Shown piece by piece: positions 8,742 to 12,901 of a DNA stretch of 12,901 nt (position 1 is the stretch's first letter; each line of letters begins with the position of its first letter). Position numbers and translations under genes: made by a program. This DNA is from an uncultured bacterium (GTDB lineage: Bacteria > CSSED10-310 > CAZUFC01). The DNA lies in assembly GCA_964619725.1 (NCBI GenBank), contig CAZUFC010000128.1:1-12901 (forward strand). Reading direction: 5' to 3'. A model generated the notes under the pieces. That model saw nothing but the letters and a program-made list of their open reading frames with translations. It had not been told where the DNA came from and did not search any database.

Positions 8742-8795
8742 GTCCTTTCAGTCCCTTAGGTCCCTTAGGTCCCTTTCGTCCCTTACGTCCTTTTA
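8742..8795. repeat. 9-bp tandem repeat, six copies (GTCCCTTAG consensus)
   Basis: GTCCTTTCA, GTCCCTTAG, GTCCCTTAG, GTCCCTTTC, GTCCCTTAC, GTCCTTTTA between two convergent genes. Confidence 0.9.
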
Positions 8796-8873
8796 AAAAA
8801 ATGGATTTCGACAAGGCAGGCTTTGAAACGGGAACCGCGGAAATTACCATTATAAAAAAATTATAACTTTCTT

Positions 8874-8966
8874 TCAGTCGTTCTCCTTTTTCATTCTACC
8901 GATTAACAAGACTCCTCCCAGGAGAGCTATAAGTATGGCTATCCCCGTATTTTTCATACTGGGTAT
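8874..8966 (-). other. IPTL-CTERM-like C-terminal sorting signal
   Basis: [32 protein letters not shown](S/T)x motif, then Gly, a hydrophobic helix and a basic cluster, preceded by a PT-rich linker (9251-8967). Confidence 0.65.
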
Positions 8967-11900
8967 CGGAGGAGCCGTAGGCGTTGCAGTAACGGTCGGG
9001 GTAGGAGAAGTGGGCGTCAAAGTTGGAGTATCGGTAGAAGTAGGAGAAGGAGTGGAAGTGTTGGTCGGGGATATCGTAGGCGTCATAGTGGGCGAAAGGG
9101 TTGCTGTGGGTGATATTGTCGGCGTAGAGGACAGCGTAGGAGTGGATGTAGCGGTCTGAGTAGGCGAAAGCGTCGGCGTAGGCGATACCGTAGGCGTATT
9201 GGTAATGGTCGGCGTATTTGTAATCGTCGGGGTGCATGTGGCCGTCGGCGTAAGAAGCTCGAAGTCCTGATTAACCAGTATTTCACTCTGGACGTTCAGT
9301 TCGTGCAATGTCTGAGGAACGAATCCCTGGGCTCCTGCCGTCACGTCATAGGCGCCGTTGGGTATCCGCAGAATTTCGTAATAGCCGTTTGAATCGGCGC
9401 CGTCCGGGTCGGAGTAACCGCCGGATGCAGTCACTGTCGCTCCCTCTATGGGCGACAGGTTGTTCGCTTCCCTGACGTAACCCGTGATGCCGCCTCCCAC
9501 GTGGAAACTCCAGTTGTAATCCGGACAATCCCAGCAGTTTGCATAATCCGCCGTTTCATGCGCTTCCACGGTCACGCGGATATGCGGCGCGCCTTCAGGA
9601 ACGGTCCAGTCCCAGCTATGATACACGTCTGCGTTGTGCTCCAGCGTCGTGATCCAGTCTTCGTCCGTTAAGTGGCTGTCGTATTCTGCCGTTCCCGTAT
9701 CCCCGTCCGTATCGGCTTTCAGCGTATAGGTCGTGTTGAAACTGTAGAAGGGATGCGGATTCTCGGCCCTGACCCTGATTTTAGCCGTTTCACCGGGATA
9801 GAATACGTTCGTCGGTTCTCCGGCCGCATTCAATATGTCCACGTCCTGCACCCTGGGATCGAGATCGAACGTATACCCCTCGCAGAAATGAGGCAGCGAT
9901 TCGGCTATGTCGTCCGCCTGGTCCTGGTCGTCCGCGCAGACGTAAAGTGTCGTCGATTCCAGGGTCAATACAGCCAGGGAACTCGACGATATTACGTAAT
10001 GGCCTCCATTGAAGTGCTGCGTATGAATGGAGAAGGTGTTGGATGCCGTGCCTCCCGGATTGATGTTCAAATACGCGGGATCGAAAGCGAATCCATAAAC
10101 CCCGTCGGGAATGATGTCGTTCAGCTCCCCTATCAAATGACCGTTGATGAGCAGGTCCACGTAATGCGGCCGCACGCCGGAACGGGGCGTAAACTGAGTG
10201 TATATCGCGGCTGTGACCACTTCCTCCATTTCAAGCGATACGTCGAAATGCATGGATATCCGGGGCCTGTTGGTGCAGAACCATCCCGCCATGCTGTAGC
10301 ACAATTCCGGTTCGGCCACTACCACCTCGAAAATATCCCGGGGCGGCACGCAGTCGAACGTCACCGGCAACACTTCCTGGACGCCGGCCGCTTCACCGAG
10401 CAGCTCGCCCGTAAGCGTCGCATCGCCCGGCTGAAACAGCGGTTCAACGTAAAAGTCGATATGATCGCCGCTGTCCATCTTGTAATGTTCAACTTTAGGG
10501 ACGAAGATGGCGTGCCCGGACAGTTCGCCCTCTGCAGTAACCGTCATATCGGTCAGAAGATCGCCTGAATTCGTTACCCGGCAAGTCTTCACCAGCGAAA
10601 CGGGGTCAGCGTATTCTTCAGTCAGGGCGAAATTGATGTCCGGCCAGGTCACGCATATGGTCGCCGGCGCGCTGTCCGTGATGGGACCGTCTTCCTCATC
10701 AGCCGTCAGCGTCAGCGCTATATTGTCGAAACATATCTCAACCGGTTTGGAACCTCCGTCGCCCTGAACGTCCTGCGCGTGTATGGTCAGCTCCACGTCG
10801 ACCGTTTCGCCGCCAGGAATGATCACCGTTTCATCCTCGCTTCCCGGTCCCACGAAATTCACGATCAGGTCTTCATTGGGATTCTCGATGTGAAGCTCGA
10901 CTTCGTGACTCACAACGTCCTGGTTGTAGACAGCTACCTGCCGCCGCTGATCGTAATCCCTTTCCACCGTGAATAAATAGGAATTCTGATCGAAAACCAC
11001 TCCGTTGCCCACAGTGAAAGACCATGTGCTCGACGTCGTGGAGCCGCACAGAGAATCTATTTCAACATACCATTGATATGTCGTGTTTCGGGTTAAATAT
11101 TCCAGCTCATACTGATGCTGCGTCTCTCCCTGTCCGACGATCGCTTCCGCCCATTCGCCGGCTCCCGATTCGCGATAATAAAGCGTGGAATCGGATTCCA
11201 CCGACGTATGCCAGCTTAAAGTGACGTCGCGGCTGCCCGTTTTGCTTCCGTTTCCGGGATGTCGCATATTTATGTCGACCGATCCCGTCGCTTCAAGCTG
11301 TCCGGCAGCATCATAGGTTTCGCCCATCTGCTGCGATGCCGCTTCGATCTGGAAAGGATAAGTCCCTATCTCCCCGCAGTCGTCGGGGACCGTTACGGTC
11401 AATACCGATTCGCCGGTCTCGCCGGCCGTCAGGACGAGCGGATTCTCATCCAAATCATACCAGCTTTCCGGCAATGAACCGCTTACCGTCAGATCGAAAG
11501 TATCCGCACCCATATTCCCGTTATCGACCGTAACGAGAAATTCGGTCTCTTCTCCTACCGAAACCGTCTCTTCTTCCGGTTCAAGGGTAAGCGTTACAGC
11601 ATCGGCGCAATATATGATCGGCGCGTTGCGGGCGCCTCCGTTATTGGCTTCATTTATTTCAATTACATCATCATAAACGTCCGATTCCACGGAAATGACC
11701 GTTCCGCATGCCGCTGTCCAGGTTTCGGTCAACGTTTCCGAAGCATCCGGCGCCAGGGGATCGACGATCTTGTCGTCGCCCAATTGCACCGGACCGGAAC
11801 CGTCGTCAATGAAAAACTGAACCGTAAAGGCCGGGGAAATTTCATCGCCCCAGTTGTGTGCCGTCGCATAAATCGTCACGATTTCCTCTTCCGCAGGATA

Positions 11901-12901
11901 GGACGGGTCGAACTGAATGTCCTGGCTGCGGAGCACGATATCCGGCGCCGGCGTGGAAGTAGCCGTAAATGTCGGCGTGGGCGTTTTCGTCCCCATGACC
12001 GTCGGCGTCGGCGTATGAGTGGCCGGCACGGTCGGCGTACGGGTCGGCGTTAATGTGACGGTAGGCGTTAACGTAACCGTCGGCGTGGCGCTCAACGTCG
12101 GCGACAGCGTGGGCGTCAATGTGGGGCTGAGCGTCGGCGACAAGGTTTCCGTCGGCGTCAAAGTCGGCGTGTCCGTAGGCGATTGCGTCGGCATCAGCGT
12201 CGGACTCTCCGTCGGACTCAGCGTCGGCGAAAGCGTTACGGTAGGCGATAGCGTCGGAGTATCCGTCGGCGTGTCCGTCGGAGAAGATGTCGGACTCAAT
12301 GTCGGCGATAAGGTAATCGTCGGGGATAAAGTTGGAGTATCAGTCGGGGTGTCTGTCGGTGATAATGTCGGACTATGAGTCGGAGATAATGTTATCGTCG
12401 GCGATAAAGTGGGGCTCAGCGTCGGTGAAAGCGTTACTGTGGGCGAAAGCGTCGGAGTATCAGTCGGCGTATCGGTCGGTGAACTCGTGGGCGTTCCGGT
12501 CGGAGTCCTGGTCGGCGACAGCGTTGGACTTTGCGTCGGCGACAGCGTTACGGTGGGCGACAGTGTCGGTGTCTGAGTCGGGGTATCTGTCGGCGATAAT
12601 GTTGGACTCTGCGTCGGCGATAACGTAACCGTCGGCGTCAAAGTCGGCGTTCTTGTCGGGGTATCCGTCGGCGAGAGCGTAGGACTCTGTGTGGGTGATA
12701 AGGTAACCGTCGGAGATAAAGTCGGCGTTCTTGTCGGAGTATCCGTGGGCGACAGCGTAGGACTCTGCGTCGGCGATAAAGTAACCGTCGGCGACAGTGT
12801 CGGCGTTCTTGTCGGAGTATCCGTGGGCGAGAGCGTAGGACTCTGTGTCGGCGATAAAGTAACCGTCGGCGACAGTGTCGGCGTTCTTGTCGGAGTATCC
12901 G
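8874..12901 (-). CDS. Large multidomain cell-surface protein, 5'-truncated (PT/S repeats, CARDB, Ig-like, FN3-like, unknown domain, carboxypeptidase-regulatory-like domain, PT linker, C-terminal sorting signal)
   Basis: The frame stays open from 12641 to the window end ([26 protein letters not shown] repeats), so TTG 12641 is unlikely to be the start. CARDB-like PDIVL...[11 protein letters not shown]...FTVQFF...VIEINEANN (11945-11640). Ig-like domain about 11600-11290. FN3-like VTLSWHT...[11 protein letters not shown] about 11270-11010. GGITGYV...PIEGATV...[22 protein letters not shown] about 9495-9257. C-terminal TM helix plus basic tail. Confidence 0.9.
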   Translation of the reverse strand, partial: DTPTRTPTLSPTVTLSPTQSPTLSPTDTPTRTPTLSPTVTLSPTQSPTLSPTDTPTRTPTLSPTVTLSPTQSPTLSPTDTPTRTPTLTPTVTLSPTQSPTLSPTDTPTQTPTLSPTVTLSPTQSPTLSPTRTPTGTPTSSPTDTPTDTPTLSPTVTLSPTLSPTLSPTITLSPTHSPTLSPTDTPTDTPTLSPTITLSPTLSPTSSPTDTPTDTPTLSPTVTLSPTLSPTESPTLMPTQSPTDTPTLTPTETLSPTLSPTLTPTLSPTLSATPTVTLTPTVTLTPTRTPTVPATHTPTPTVMGTKTPTPTFTATSTPAPDIVLRSQDIQFDPSYPAEEEIVTIYATAHNWGDEISPAFTVQFFIDDGSGPVQLGDDKIVDPLAPDASETLTETWTAACGTVISVESDVYDDVIEINEANNGGARNAPIIYCADAVTLTLEPEEETVSVGEETEFLVTVDNGNMGADTFDLTVSGSLPESWYDLDENPLVLTAGETGESVLTVTVPDDCGEIGTYPFQIEAASQQMGETYDAAGQLEATGSVDINMRHPGNGSKTGSRDVTLSWHTSVESDSTLYYRESGAGEWAEAIVGQGETQHQYELEYLTRNTTYQWYVEIDSLCGSTTSSTWSFTVGNGVVFDQNSYLFTVERDYDQRRQVAVYNQDVVSHEVELHIENPNEDLIVNFVGPGSEDETVIIPGGETVDVELTIHAQDVQGDGGSKPVEICFDNIALTLTADEEDGPITDSAPATICVTWPDINFALTEEYADPVSLVKTCRVTNSGDLLTDMTVTAEGELSGHAIFVPKVEHYKMDSGDHIDFYVEPLFQPGDATLTGELLGEAAGVQEVLPVTFDCVPPRDIFEVVVAEPELCYSMAGWFCTNRPRISMHFDVSLEMEEVVTAAIYTQFTPRSGVRPHYVDLLINGHLIGELNDIIPDGVYGFAFDPAYLNINPGGTASNTFSIHTQHFNGGHYVISSSSLAVLTLESTTLYVCADDQDQADDIAESLPHFCEGYTFDLDPRVQDVDILNAAGEPTNVFYPGETAKIRVRAENPHPFYSFNTTYTLKADTDGDTGTAEYDSHLTDEDWITTLEHNADVYHSWDWTVPEGAPHIRVTVEAHETADYANCWDCPDYNWSFHVGGGITGYVREANNLSPIEGATVTASGGYSDPDGADSNGYYEILRIPNGAYDVTAGAQGFVPQTLHELNVQSEILVNQDFELLTPTATCTPTITNTPTITNTPTVSPTPTLSPTQTATSTPTLSSTPTISPTATLSPTMTPTISPTNTSTPSPTSTDTPTLTPTSPTPTVTATPTAPPIPSMKNTGIAILIALLGGVLLIGRMKKEND
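11948..12901 (-). repeat. Coding Pro/Thr/Ser-rich tandem repeats with a 78-nt (26-aa) higher-order unit near the window end
   Basis: Units at 12899-12822, 12821-12744, 12743-12666 and 12665-12588 encode DTPTRTPTL(S/T)[16 protein letters not shown]; the pattern decays into xSPT/xTPT tetrapeptides toward 11948. Confidence 0.95.

Noticed and set aside
8935..12628. Plus-strand ORFs (VGV/VGD-rich 8935-9159, 12019-12378, 12332-12628; 298-aa 9672-10568 and others)
   Set aside because: Antisense shadows of the PT repeats and GC-rich codons of the large minus-strand gene, with no independent motifs.

Overview
Bacterial accessory region of cell-envelope and secreted-protein genes with five credible CDSs: an orphan TonB-family protein (+); a cytoplasmic TPR-CHAT caspase-like protease with 46-aa repeats and an intact His/Cys dyad (+); a secreted W-x-K/R-x-Y-G beta-propeller-like protein (-); a secreted fibre-like protein (YQG-type N-domain, 41 collagen Gly-X-Y triplets, glycine-rich tip) (+); and a 5'-truncated, very large Pro/Thr/Ser-repeat surface protein with CARDB/Ig/FN3-like domains and an IPTL-CTERM-like anchor (-). 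Both window ends lie inside tandem repeats. The least explained signal is a non-coding element of about 85-100 bp present twice in opposite orientations (132-231 and 6679-6763), each with its TTGACT about 200-220 bp upstream of a gene. Three different short-unit repeat/palindrome elements sit in intergenic gaps. No rRNA, tRNA, CRISPR array, cas gene or transposase was seen. All domain calls come from reading motifs by eye, not from searches.
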